From contig OZ255721.1 of assembly GCA_965277285.1 (NCBI GenBank), positions 1,568,001 through 1,632,000 on the forward strand: DNA of 64,000 bases, written 5' to 3'. The notes beneath the pieces are model-generated. The model saw only the letters and a list, made by a program, of their open reading frames with translations, did not search any database and was not told where the DNA came from. Positions 1 through 9,754 of this stretch are shown one piece after another. Made by a program: the position numbers and the translations under genes. Each line of letters begins with the position of its first letter. Within the stretch, counting starts at the first letter, position 1. The DNA comes from Abditibacteriaceae bacterium (GTDB lineage: Bacteria; Armatimonadota; Abditibacteriia; Abditibacteriales; Abditibacteriaceae).

Positions 1-462
1 GTACAGAAAAATCAGTTCGCCCAACTTCATGGCGTGTCCCTGGCCTTCCAATCCGTAGCAAACGCCGCTCATAAAATCGATGATGCGCACGGCTTTGCTG
101 CGCTCGACTTCTTCCAGATTGATAATCACCGCGTCGCCCGCTTTGAGCGCGTCGGCGGCAATCGCGGCGTCTTCCTGCGTTTTGGGGCGCAGCGTGTAAA
201 TATTCTTTTCGCGCGCGCGCAAAGGCGACGGCGCGACAGAACGCAGGCGCTTCACGCCGGAACCAACGCCGGAACCGCCGCCGTAAGAAGGTCGCGCGGA
301 AGCGTCATAAGTTGGAGTTTGAGAAGGACGACTCGTTGCGGCTGTGTTCTGCGAAGTGTCTTCGGTTTCGTCGGTGTAATCGTTTTCGTCGTCGGCGTAT
401 TCTTCTTCGCCGTGTCCCCAAATGTTGCGGATGCTGCGAACCGCCTGTGTCAATCCACTCAT
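1..462 (-). CDS. sepF: Cell division protein SepF (3' end runs off window; not in ORF track)
   Basis: Manual translation from ATG at 462 (GGGAGG upstream): acidic linker then IYTLRPKTQEDAAIAADALKAGDAVIINLEEVERSKAVRIIDFMSGVCYGLEG, the SepF core; follows yggS as is typical. Confidence 0.88.
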   Translation of the reverse strand, partial: MSGLTQAVRSIRNIWGHGEEEYADDENDYTDETEDTSQNTAATSRPSQTPTYDASARPSYGGGSGVGSGVKRLRSVAPSPLRAREKNIYTLRPKTQEDAAIAADALKAGDAVIINLEEVERSKAVRIIDFMSGVCYGLEGQGHAMKLGELIFLY

Positions 463-601
463 TGACGCTGCCTCCCGTGCTGTAATCGTTGCTGCCGTGC
501 GTGCTGTTAGCTGGTGCTGTGAATCGTTGCTGAAATGATGTCTGGGATAGTATAGAACTGACTTATTGTAACTTATTTCGCCTATCGTTTTGGTCTTTGT
601 G

Positions 602-1333
602 TTAGCTTCGTTCGCCGAAAAGTCCGGTTCCAATGCGAATCATCGTCGCGCCTTCCTCAAGCGCGATTTCAAAATCGTTCGTCATGCCCATCGAAAGTTC
701 GCTGATTTCAAAACTTCCCTTTCGAGTACTCGATTGGTTCAATTCGTCGCGCAGTTCGCGCAAGCGCCGAAAATAAGGCCGCGATTGTTCTGCATCGTCG
801 TTCGCGGGTGGCAAACACATCAAACCGCGCACTTCCAAATTCGGCAATTCTGCGCAAAACTTCCACAAATCGGGCAATTCATTGATGTCGCAACCCGCTT
901 TATTTGCTTCGTCGCCGATGTTGACCTGCAATAAAACACGTTGCACCACGTTTTGCGACTGCGCTTCTTTGTTCAAGGCTTGCGCCAAACTCGTGCGATC
1001 AACGCTGTGAATCAAGGCGAAACGCCCGACAACTTCGCGCGCTTTGTTGCTTTGCAAGGCTCCGATAAAATGCCATTGCAATGCGCGCTCATGGTTTCGA
1101 GTACTCGATAACGCTTCCACCTGAGACATTTCCGTCATTTTGTGAGCGGCTTCCTGCACATAGTTCTCGCCAAAATCGCGTAAACCCGCCGCAGAAAACT
1201 CTTGCAAACGCGCAACTGAAACCGTTTTACTGGCGCCAATCAGCGTAATTTCTGCGGGATTTCGCCCGCAACGTTCGCACGCGCCTTCGATGCGTTGCCA
1301 AATATGGCGCAAACTTTTTTCTGCAGTGTTCAC
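602..1333 (-). CDS. yggS: PLP homeostasis protein YggS/PROSC
   Basis: Motifs ASKT, FGENYVQE, WHFIGALQSNK, LSMGMTNDFEIALEEGATMIRIGT; GTG start at 1333 preferred over 1441. Confidence 0.93.
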   Translation of the reverse strand: MNTAEKSLRHIWQRIEGACERCGRNPAEITLIGASKTVSVARLQEFSAAGLRDFGENYVQEAAHKMTEMSQVEALSSTRNHERALQWHFIGALQSNKAREVVGRFALIHSVDRTSLAQALNKEAQSQNVVQRVLLQVNIGDEANKAGCDINELPDLWKFCAELPNLEVRGLMCLPPANDDAEQSRPYFRRLRELRDELNQSSTRKGSFEISELSMGMTNDFEIALEEGATMIRIGTGLFGERS

Positions 1334-1488
1334 AAAGTTATCCCCAACTATAACAGGAAGTCGTTTCAGCGGCAAACGACAAAGCATACCGTGAAACATC
1401 GAAGCGCGAGTGTTCTTTCTTTTTCGCCGCGAAACCTCCATACTTCCGTCATTCAGCTTTCACACTTTTCACGAACACAAACATCATT

Positions 1489-2460
1489 ATGTCTCTTGAA
1501 CACGCGTCTTTAGAAGATATTCCTCAACTCGTCGCGCTTTGGAACAACGCCTTTGGCGCCAATTGGCCGCTGACCGAACAACTTTTGCGCCAAACCTTGG
1601 AACACGATCCATTCTACGAACCGGAAGGCCATTTCGTGTGGCGCGAAAACGAAGAAATCGTCGGCTGGGCGTTGTGCAAATCGAATCGCAAAGTCGGGCC
1701 GGAACTGGGACGTTTTGAAAATCGCGGCGGAATCGGCGCTTTGTGCGTTCATCCCGATTTCCAACGTCGCGGACTGGGAACGCAACTTTTGCGCGCCTGC
1801 GAAGACCATTTGCAAAAGAACCATTCGCCGCTGACGACGCTTTGTTTTCCGCATCATTTGCTGCCTGGCATTCCCGAAGATTGCGCGTCTGGCGTGGCGT
1901 TTTTCAAGTCGCACGGTTACACAGGTTTTCACGAATGTGTTGATTTGTCGCGCGATCTCATCGAGTACTCGATTCCCGAAAAGGCCCTGAACGCGATGCA
2001 GCAAAATCCAAGTGTCGATCTGCGGCGCGGGCGCGAAGAAGAACACGAAAAAATTATCGCTTTCGTGTCGCGCGAATTTCCTGGTGGCTGGACATATTCC
2101 ACCAAAAACCATTTCGCGCGCGGCGGCAAAGCCAGCGACATCGTGGTCGCGGTCGAAAACAGCGAAGTTATCGGCTTTTGCCACACCACTGATTGGCGCA
2201 ATTCGTGGTTGTTGCCCAACGTTTACTGGCACGAACTTTTAGGCGAACATTACGGTGGTTTGGGGCCAATCGGCATCGGCAAGGAACATCGCAAACGCGG
2301 CTTAGGTTTAGCGATTTGCGCCGTCGCGGTGGAAGAGTTGAAACGCGCTGGCGTCGAAAAAATGGCGATTGATTGGACGACGTTGATTGATTTTTACGCG
2401 CAAATGGGTTTCACGGTTTGGAAGACGTATTTGCAGGCGGAGAAACCAGGCAAGGTGTAA
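1489..2460 (+). CDS. Tandem GNAT acetyltransferase
   Basis: Two acetyl-CoA motifs: VHPDFQRRGLGTQLL and IGKEHRKRGLGLA. Confidence 0.85.
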   Translation: MSLEHASLEDIPQLVALWNNAFGANWPLTEQLLRQTLEHDPFYEPEGHFVWRENEEIVGWALCKSNRKVGPELGRFENRGGIGALCVHPDFQRRGLGTQLLRACEDHLQKNHSPLTTLCFPHHLLPGIPEDCASGVAFFKSHGYTGFHECVDLSRDLIEYSIPEKALNAMQQNPSVDLRRGREEEHEKIIAFVSREFPGGWTYSTKNHFARGGKASDIVVAVENSEVIGFCHTTDWRNSWLLPNVYWHELLGEHYGGLGPIGIGKEHRKRGLGLAICAVAVEELKRAGVEKMAIDWTTLIDFYAQMGFTVWKTYLQAEKPGKV

Positions 2461-2462
2461 TA

Positions 2463-2978
2463 ATGTTCGTGATGGTGCAAGTGGTACGCATTTCCTGGAG
2501 CAAAGCATCGCGCGGCGGACATTTGGCCAGTTTGCGAACAGCCGTGCCGAACGCGTTTTCATTGAACAGCGACAAACTTCGATTGTGCAACGGCATTTAC
2601 ACTGAGGAACAGCATTGGTCGGAAAGCAACCATTTTCAGCGACCTGTTAAAACAAAACCGCATTGTGAAGAATCCGATTCTTACACCTTTCGTTGTGCAA
2701 CCATTTGTCGCTCAAAAGAAAAGGTCTCCATCGAATGGATTTGGAATTGGCAAACTGGTGCTCCTGAACGTTATCCAGCGCGACATCAATGGACAATTTG
2801 TCCTGATGAATGGCTCCAGCTTTGTTGGAATGGGCGCTTTTCCGATCACGACGGCGGACAATGGACATATGAAGAAGTAACGCTGAACGTCGCCTATACT
2901 TTTCAGAAGCCCGCAAATAACTTCTTCAACGATTCACAACCTTCTCGTCGCTGCGACCATCGCGCGCAACTCTGGTGA
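2463..2978 (+). CDS. Hypothetical Trp-rich protein
   Basis: ORF starting just after the GNAT stop; no recognised family. Confidence 0.5.
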   Translation: MFVMVQVVRISWSKASRGGHLASLRTAVPNAFSLNSDKLRLCNGIYTEEQHWSESNHFQRPVKTKPHCEESDSYTFRCATICRSKEKVSIEWIWNWQTGAPERYPARHQWTICPDEWLQLCWNGRFSDHDGGQWTYEEVTLNVAYTFQKPANNFFNDSQPSRRCDHRAQLW

Positions 2979-3051
2979 TTGAGCAAAGCAAACATCGGTC
3001 TCGTTTTCATAAAGTGGCAACCTGGATTATTCGATATGGTAAGTCAAAGGT

Positions 3052-3894
3052 GTGATTGAATCAATGCTATTCAAACCACAGGGCAGCAAAGAAACTCCAA
3101 GTCGACCAAAACGCTCAAGACTGGTGCGTTTTGCTCTTATGAGTCTCGTCTGCATGATAGGAGCATTACTGGTTGCATTACTTGCATTGAGGGGAACAGA
3201 AACGAAGCGAGCTTCCATCAATAGTGCATCCAGATTGGCCAGGATAATTCCCGTAGAAACTCCGCCGGGTGTCGTGCGTTACGCCGCTGTCGGAGATTCC
3301 TACACCATTGGCCAAGGTGCTACTGCGGACCAGTGTTGGCCTGAGGTGGTCGCTGCCCATCTGACGCAAAGCGGGGTACCGACGCGCGTAGTCGCCAACG
3401 CCGCACTTACCGGCTGGACAACCCAAGACGTACTTGACCAGGGCTTGCCTTTCTACGAAGCGGCTCGTCCTACCTTTGCAACCTTGCAAATTGGAGTTAA
3501 CGACTGGATAGGCGGCGCTACTCCTGCCCAATTTCATACGAACCTGACACGCGTGCTGAATCGTATGCTAAAGGTCCTGCCTAACCCACAGCATTTGCTG
3601 CTGGTGACCATTCCCGACTTCTCGGTGACACCTCAAGGCGCTCGTTACAATCGAAGAGGCGGTGCGTCGGGTGGCATTAGTGCCTTCAATGCCATTATCA
3701 TTGCCGAGGCGCAACGTCGTCATCTACCTGTTGTAGACATCTTCGGAATTTCGCAAAAAATGGGCAGCGACATAACCTTGGTGGCTGACGACGAGCTACA
3801 TCCTTCGGCTTTGGAATATGAACATTGGGGAGAACAGATTTATCCAGTTGCGCTCCACCTGCTGCAAACTACGACTCCGGCTTCGGCAAAATAA
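3052..3894 (+). CDS. SGNH/GDSL hydrolase with N-terminal membrane anchor
   Basis: GDSYT block I, GVND block III, DELHPS block V. Confidence 0.88.
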   Translation: MIESMLFKPQGSKETPSRPKRSRLVRFALMSLVCMIGALLVALLALRGTETKRASINSASRLARIIPVETPPGVVRYAAVGDSYTIGQGATADQCWPEVVAAHLTQSGVPTRVVANAALTGWTTQDVLDQGLPFYEAARPTFATLQIGVNDWIGGATPAQFHTNLTRVLNRMLKVLPNPQHLLLVTIPDFSVTPQGARYNRRGGASGGISAFNAIIIAEAQRRHLPVVDIFGISQKMGSDITLVADDELHPSALEYEHWGEQIYPVALHLLQTTTPASAK

Positions 3895-4072
3895 AATGCT
3901 CAAACAAAAGGCTCTGGAATCGCTCAGATAAAACTCTACCAAAACCACTGGAAGCGCTCTGCGGGATAAACCGACTTCCAAAGCCGACTTTTTCCTTATG
4001 CCAGATGCCAAAAATCACGTAATCGAGTACTCGATTGCGTGATTTCTTGACAGGCTTTCAAAACACAAGCAT

Positions 4073-4306
4073 TTAAGCAGCGGCAGTCGCCAAACGCTTG
4101 GCCAGGCGGCTTTTCTTGCGCGCGGCGGCGTTCTTGTGGATGACGCCTTTGGCGGCGGCGCGGTCGATAGCGCCAAAAGCGATGTGGGTGTCGCCAGCGA
4201 GGGCTTTGCGGGTTTCGGTTTTGATGCGAGTTTTTACGGCGCTATTAACAAGGCGCTTTTTGGCGTCCTGACGCAAACGTTTCTTGGCCGATGGGGTATT
4301 GGGCAT
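4073..4306 (-). CDS. rpsT: 30S ribosomal protein S20
   Basis: MPNTPSAKKRLRQ...KGVIHKNAAARKKSRL; GGAG upstream of ATG 4306. Confidence 0.96.
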   Translation of the reverse strand: MPNTPSAKKRLRQDAKKRLVNSAVKTRIKTETRKALAGDTHIAFGAIDRAAAKGVIHKNAAARKKSRLAKRLATAAA

Positions 4307-4462
4307 TTCTCTTGTCGTCTCCTGAATGAACCGAACGCATTTTAACGCGAACACAGATCAAATGCAAGTTTTATGGCCACAAAGAGCACAAAGAAGAGAA
4401 ACAACAAACTCACCGTTACCAATACTCGAACCTTTTCTTTGTGATTTCTGTGCTCTTTGTGG

Positions 4463-4942
4463 CTAATTCCTGATTTGACTGATCGCCGCGCGCGCCAGTT
4501 CGTCGCAGCGTTCGTTTTCGGCGTGTCCGGCGTGGCCGCGCACCCACGACATTTTATGCGGACGCGTTTGCAGCAAAGCGTTGATTTCCTGCCACAATTC
4601 CTGATTCTTGACGGGCTGTTTGGCGGCGTTTTTCCAGCCGTTTTTAATCCAGCCTTTCATCCAACTGGTGACGCCTTTGCACACGTATTCCGAATCGGAG
4701 ACGATTTCGACGCGCGTGCCTTCCTCAACCGCTTTCAAGCCTTCGATCAAAGCCTGCAATTCCATCTGATTGTTCGTCGTGCGCGACTTTCCGCCAGACA
4801 GTTCGCGGCGCGCGCCATTTTCTTCAACGATGGTTCCCCAGCCGCCCGGCCCGGGATTGCCGCTACACGCGCCATCGCACCAGATTTTGACAACGCCGGA
4901 TGTTGCGACCGTTGATGTTTCGTCTTCAAAAAGTGTTTTCAT
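4463..4942 (-). CDS. rnhA: Ribonuclease HI
   Basis: DGACSGNPGPGGWG, TTNNQMEL, WVRGHAGHAENERCDELA. Confidence 0.96.
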   Translation of the reverse strand: MKTLFEDETSTVATSGVVKIWCDGACSGNPGPGGWGTIVEENGARRELSGGKSRTTNNQMELQALIEGLKAVEEGTRVEIVSDSEYVCKGVTSWMKGWIKNGWKNAAKQPVKNQELWQEINALLQTRPHKMSWVRGHAGHAENERCDELARAAISQIRN

Positions 4943-5517
4943 TGGGCCGTTTTCGCCTTTCGAGTACTCGATTGCGCTTCGTGCTTCTTTTGATACGCAG
5001 CTTGGCCGTCTTTCACTAATTGACGCGCGCGTTCGGCGCCGCTGCGCGCCAGAACTTCAAACGTTTTGCCCTTGAACGTGTTGTAGGACACGAAAAAGTA
5101 TTCCATTTCGTCCAGGCGTGCGGCGTTGAGATGTTCGAGTTCTTCGACTTCTTTTTGCACGCGCGAATGTTCCGCGACGGCGATCAGACGGTCGTTGCGC
5201 GTGGTTTTTCCGTCGCGCTCAGTTTGATTGGCTTCGATGACGCCGACCAAGCGCGCCGTCACCAGACAACCGGCAAACGCGGGCGCGTCCATCAACACCA
5301 AAACATCCAAAGGATCGCCGTCTTCGCCCAAAGTCGACGGAACAAAGCCGAAATCGAAGGGAAAGGCCGCGCCAACTGGCATCGCGCCGCCCAGTTTGAA
5401 CAAGCCGGTTTCAGGATCGAAATCGAACTTATTCTGACTGCCTTTGGGCGTTTCAATAATCGCGTTCAGCATTCCGTCGCGGTCAAAAGTGGCGAGTTCA
5501 AAAGGAGATTGAGACAT
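4939..5517 (-). CDS. ppa: Inorganic pyrophosphatase, family I
   Basis: IETPKGSQNK, DGDPLDVLVL, NDRLIAV. Confidence 0.9.
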   Translation of the reverse strand: MSQSPFELATFDRDGMLNAIIETPKGSQNKFDFDPETGLFKLGGAMPVGAAFPFDFGFVPSTLGEDGDPLDVLVLMDAPAFAGCLVTARLVGVIEANQTERDGKTTRNDRLIAVAEHSRVQKEVEELEHLNAARLDEMEYFFVSYNTFKGKTFEVLARSGAERARQLVKDGQAAYQKKHEAQSSTRKAKTAQ

Positions 5518-5708
5518 CGAGAGATTACCGCGAAGGACGCGAAGAAAAAGAAGTATCGAGTACTCGAAAGTCAGAGTTTGTCATTCTGAGCGCAATAAAG
5601 AATCTTGTTGAAGTTGGATTCTTCGTTTCACTCAGAATGACAAGTTATTGCGACGATTTTTAACTCTTCTTTTTCTTCGCGCTCTTCGCGTCCTTCGTGG
5701 TTCAACAA

Positions 5709-6116
5709 TTAATTCAATTCGGGAAACCACAGTTTCAGTTCGCGCGCGGCGGATTCCGGTGAGTCGCTGCCGTGAATCAGGTTGGCCTGCTTGTCCAGCG
5801 TATAATCGCCGCGAATGCTGCCGGTCGCAGCATTCAAAGGATCCGTGGCGCCGATCATTTGACGCGACAAAGCGATTGCATTTTGGCCTTCAAAAACCAT
5901 CGCCAGCGACGGCGAACTGGTGATGAAATCGACCAGGCCGGGGAAAAACGGTTTGGCGTTGTGTTCTACGTAATGTTGTTCGGCCAGTTCGCGCGAAACC
6001 GTCATCAATTTGGCGGCGACCAGTTTGAAACCGCGCTTTTCAAAACGCGCCAAAATCTCGCCACTCAATCCGCGCGCCACGCCGTCCGGCTTGACGACAA
6101 TTAGTGTCCGTTCCAT
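5709..6116 (-). CDS. ndk: Nucleoside diphosphate kinase
   Basis: [27 protein letters not shown]. Confidence 0.97.
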   Translation of the reverse strand: MERTLIVVKPDGVARGLSGEILARFEKRGFKLVAAKLMTVSRELAEQHYVEHNAKPFFPGLVDFITSSPSLAMVFEGQNAIALSRQMIGATDPLNAATGSIRGDYTLDKQANLIHGSDSPESAARELKLWFPELN

Positions 6117-6428
6117 ATTGGGAAACCTCGTTGTAAATTGGGAAATGCGGCGGTAGTTTGACTGCGCACCGTTTTTGTCGCAAGGCGCGGCGCATTTGGA
6201 GTACTCGAAAAGGGAACACGGATTTCATACACGGATCGAACGGATGAACACGGATCAGAATGGAAAAATCAGTTGTCATCGTACGGGCGCATTGCAATGC
6301 GCCCGTACTTTCTATCTGTGTAACGAAGTTCCGTGTTCCCTCTTGCCGCCGAGATTTCAAAACACAAGCGGGCGCGGCGCGCTAAACTGCAACGCACTTT
6401 TTCACCATCAAGTACGGAGACCATTCTT

Positions 6429-8252
6429 TTGAAACGCACTCATCATTGCGGCGATTTGCGCCCCCAACACGTCAGTCAAACCGTCGCGCTTTGCGGCTGG
6501 GCCAAAGTCGTGCGCGACCAATCGCACCAAATTTTTATCGACCTGCGCGACCGTTCCGGCATCGTCCAAATCGTCGTCGACCGCGACATCAACGCCGAAC
6601 TTTTCGCGCAAATGTCCGGCGTCAAATCTGAATATTGTTTGCAAATCGAAGGCGTTGTCGCTCAGCGCATCGCGGGCAAGGAAAACCCCAAACTCGCCAC
6701 CGGCCAAATCGAAGTTCACGTTCAGAGCGCGCAGATTCTCAACACCTCGAAGCCGTTGCCGTTTGAACTGGACGACGAAGTGCGCGCCGAAGAAAACATT
6801 CGCCTGCAATATCGCTATCTCGATTTGCGACGCGCCCCGATGCGCGACATTCTCGAACTGCGCCATCGCATCGTGAAAGCGACGCGCGACTTTTTGGACA
6901 GCGAAGGTTTCTGGGAAATCGAGACGCCTTTGTTGTGGAAATCGACGCCCGAAGGCGCGCGCGAATATGTCGTGCCAACGCGCTCGCAAGCCGGCAAAGC
7001 CTTTGTCCTCCCGCAAAGCCCGCAAATCGCCAAGCAATTGTTGATGGTCGGCGGCGTCGAAAAATACTTCCAGGTCGCGCGCTGTTTCCGCGACGAAAGT
7101 GCGCGCAGCGACCGTCAACCCGAGTTCACGCAAATCGACATCGAAATGAGCTTTGTCGAGCAGGACGACGTTTTAGCGCAAACCGAACGCTTGTTCGCTC
7201 ACATCATGCGCCAGTGCAAAGGCATCGAAGTCGAACTGCCCTTTCCGCGCCTGAGTTACGAAGAATCGATGCGTCGTTATGGTTCGGATAAACCGGACAC
7301 GCGCTTTGGTTTGGAGTTCGTTGATTTGAGCGACATCGCGCACGAAAGCGGTTTCAAAGTGTTTGCGAACGCGGTCGCGTCCGGCGGGCAGGTCAAGGCG
7401 ATTTGCGCGCCCGGTTGCGCCGAATATTCGCGCAAGCAAATCGAAGAATTGACAGATTTGGTCAAGCGTTTTGGCGCGCGCGGCCTGGCGACTTTCGCGC
7501 TGGGCGAAAGCGAAGTCAAAAGCCAGGTCGCCAAGTTTTTCAGCGAAGCACAAATGCAGGAAATCTTCACGCGATGCAACGCCAAAACCGGCGACCTGGT
7601 TTTGTGCGTCGCCGACCGACAGAACGTCGTCGCGCAAAGTCTCGATTTTCTGCGCCGCGAAATGGCGAAACGATTGGATTTAATTCCCGCCGACACTTTC
7701 AATTTTCTGTGGATTGTCGATACGCCGATGTTCGAGTACTCGAACGAAGAAGGCCGCTTCGACGCGATGCACCATCCGTTTTGTTTGCCCAACCCGGACG
7801 ATATGGCATTGCTGGAACAAGGGTTTTCCAGCGACATCGCCAAAAGCGAGGCGGCGCATCCGTGGGCGCAAGTGCGCGCCTGGCTCTATGACCTGGTATT
7901 GAACGGCAGCGAACTGGCGAGTGGCTCGATCCGTTGCCATCGCCGCGACATTCAAGAGAAGATTTTCAGCATCATCGGCTTGCCGCTGGATGTCGCGCAG
8001 GAACGTTTCGGCTTCATGCTCGATGCCTTTGAATACGGCGCGCCTCCGCACGGCGGCATCGCGCCCGGATTGGATCGCGTCGTGACGATTTTGGCTGGAA
8101 TTCCCGACGGCAACATCCGCGAAGTCATCGCCTTTCCCAAAACCAGCGGCGGCCTGGATCCATTGACCGGCGCACCAACGCCGATTGACGAAAGTCGTTG
8201 GCGCGAATTGGGACTTCGAGTACTCGATGCCTCTAACGAACCCGCAGCGTAA
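6429..8252 (+). CDS. aspS: Aspartate-tRNA ligase
   Basis: KRTHHCGDLR start (TTG 6429 after GGAGA), LPQSPQ, ARCFRDE, RQPEFTQIDIEMSF, HHPF, GAPPHGGIAPGLDR. Confidence 0.96.
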   Translation: MKRTHHCGDLRPQHVSQTVALCGWAKVVRDQSHQIFIDLRDRSGIVQIVVDRDINAELFAQMSGVKSEYCLQIEGVVAQRIAGKENPKLATGQIEVHVQSAQILNTSKPLPFELDDEVRAEENIRLQYRYLDLRRAPMRDILELRHRIVKATRDFLDSEGFWEIETPLLWKSTPEGAREYVVPTRSQAGKAFVLPQSPQIAKQLLMVGGVEKYFQVARCFRDESARSDRQPEFTQIDIEMSFVEQDDVLAQTERLFAHIMRQCKGIEVELPFPRLSYEESMRRYGSDKPDTRFGLEFVDLSDIAHESGFKVFANAVASGGQVKAICAPGCAEYSRKQIEELTDLVKRFGARGLATFALGESEVKSQVAKFFSEAQMQEIFTRCNAKTGDLVLCVADRQNVVAQSLDFLRREMAKRLDLIPADTFNFLWIVDTPMFEYSNEEGRFDAMHHPFCLPNPDDMALLEQGFSSDIAKSEAAHPWAQVRAWLYDLVLNGSELASGSIRCHRRDIQEKIFSIIGLPLDVAQERFGFMLDAFEYGAPPHGGIAPGLDRVVTILAGIPDGNIREVIAFPKTSGGLDPLTGAPTPIDESRWRELGLRVLDASNEPAA

Positions 8253-8348
8253 GCGACGGGTCTTCTCTTGATGATAGTCCGTACGTTCAACAGAACAATC
8301 ACAAAGTATTCTCGACAGAAGACCCGTCGCTTACGCTTCGGGTTCGTT
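8236..8348. repeat. Palindromic repeat family B: AACCCGAAGCGT(A/C)AGCGA(C/G)GG...inverse
   Basis: Other copies about 11389-11476, 22237-22302, 23100-23171, 41921-41994, 43663-43734. Confidence 0.88.
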
Positions 8349-8410
8349 ATCGAGTACTCGATTCGACAGCGCATACCAAAACTTCCCTTGCGCGATGTAA
8401 ACTGCGAACT

Positions 8411-9448
8411 ATGAACACAACTCCCTACACACCCGCAGAAGCGCGTTATGGCACGATGGAATATCGTCGCAGCGGCAAGAGCGGCTTGAAACTTCCGGCG
8501 ATTTCGCTGGGTTGCTGGCACAACTTCGGCGGCGTTGGAACCGCTTCCAACCGCATCGAAAACGAAAACGACTTCCACGAAAATTGTCGCCAGATGTTGT
8601 TCGCGGCCTTCGATGGCGGCATCACGCACTTCGATCTGGCCAACAATTACGGTCCGCCCGCCGGTTCAGCGGAAACGCGCGTCGGTCGCATTTTGCGCGA
8701 AGATTTCAAAAACCACCGCGACGAACTCATCATCAGCAGCAAAGCCGGATACCATATGTGGAACGGGCCGTATGGCGACAACGGCAGCCGCAAATATCTG
8801 CTGGCCTCGCTCGATCAATCGCTGACGCGTCTCGGTCTCGACTACGTCGATATTTTCTACCATCATCGTCCCGATAACGATACGCCGTTGGAAGAATCGA
8901 TGGGCGCGCTCGATCACGCAGTGCGTAGCGGCAAGGCGTTGTATGTCGGGATTTCCAGCTACAGCGGACAGCAAACGCGCGATGCGCTGAAAGTCTGCGA
9001 GCAGAACAACTTCATCAAGCCGATCATTCATCAGCCGAGTTATAGCCTTTTGAATCGCCGCATCGAAAGCGATTTGCTGCCCGCCACGCGCGCCGAAGGC
9101 GTTGGCGTCATCGCGTTTTGCCCGTTGCAACAAGGTCTTTTAACCAACAAATACTTGGACGGCGTGCCCAATGATTCGCGCGCCGCGACGCCGGAGGGCG
9201 CTTTGTCGCGCGAACAGGCCGAATCGTCCGACATCGACAAAGCGCGCCAGTTGAACCAGATCGCGCAGAATCGCGGTCAATCGCTGGCGCAAATGGCGCT
9301 GTCGTGGGTTTTGCGCGATCAGGCCGTTACTTCGGCGCTCATCGGCGCCAGTCGTCCCGAACAAATCGTCGAAAACTTAGCTGCCGCCAACAACACCAAA
9401 TTCGGCGACGATGAAATCACCAAAATCGACGGCATCTTGAAGTCGTAA
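8411..9448 (+). CDS. Aldo/keto reductase, YghZ/MgrA-like
   Basis: GLKLPAISLG, THFDLANNYGPP, LDYVDIFYHHRPD, ALIGAS. Confidence 0.9.
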   Translation: MNTTPYTPAEARYGTMEYRRSGKSGLKLPAISLGCWHNFGGVGTASNRIENENDFHENCRQMLFAAFDGGITHFDLANNYGPPAGSAETRVGRILREDFKNHRDELIISSKAGYHMWNGPYGDNGSRKYLLASLDQSLTRLGLDYVDIFYHHRPDNDTPLEESMGALDHAVRSGKALYVGISSYSGQQTRDALKVCEQNNFIKPIIHQPSYSLLNRRIESDLLPATRAEGVGVIAFCPLQQGLLTNKYLDGVPNDSRAATPEGALSREQAESSDIDKARQLNQIAQNRGQSLAQMALSWVLRDQAVTSALIGASRPEQIVENLAAANNTKFGDDEITKIDGILKS

Positions 9449-9475
9449 GGCGCCGTTATCGAGTACTCGATATGA

Positions 9476-9516
9476 CGAAAAAGCCCGCGAATATCATCAT
9501 TCGCGGGCTTTTTCGC
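9476..9516. terminator. Bidirectional intrinsic terminator
   Basis: CGAAAAAGCCCGCGAAT-loop-ATTCGCGGGCTTTTTCG between convergent AKR gene and actP. Confidence 0.8.
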
Positions 9517-9581
9517 ATTTAGCAGCAATGGCCAAGCTATAGCAGTTCAACGATTAAACGCGACACATTTGCACAACTCTT

Positions 9582-9652
9582 GTAGGGACGCAGATTTCTG
9601 CGTCCGCCAGTTCAAACTTGCACACAGCGGACGCAGCAATCTGCGTCCCTAC
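9582..9652. repeat. GTAG-type REP pairs (family C)
   Basis: GTAGGG plus hairpin, with an inverted copy ending CCCTAC; also 17776-17847, 21485-21560, single unit 25148-25174. Confidence 0.82.
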
Positions 9653-9754
9653 AACATTAGCAATCCGGGGCATTTAATCGTTGAACGGCTATAGCAACCG
9701 CGCGATTGGTTATCGCTTCGCAGATTGCTTGTAAAAGTTTTGTGCAATTCAGCG

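Noticed and set aside
34..465. 143-aa plus-strand ORF
   Set aside because: Antisense shadow of sepF
477..533. Imperfect direct repeat GTGCTGT(G)AATCGTTGCTG in the sepF leader
   Set aside because: Only two short copies; no supportable function
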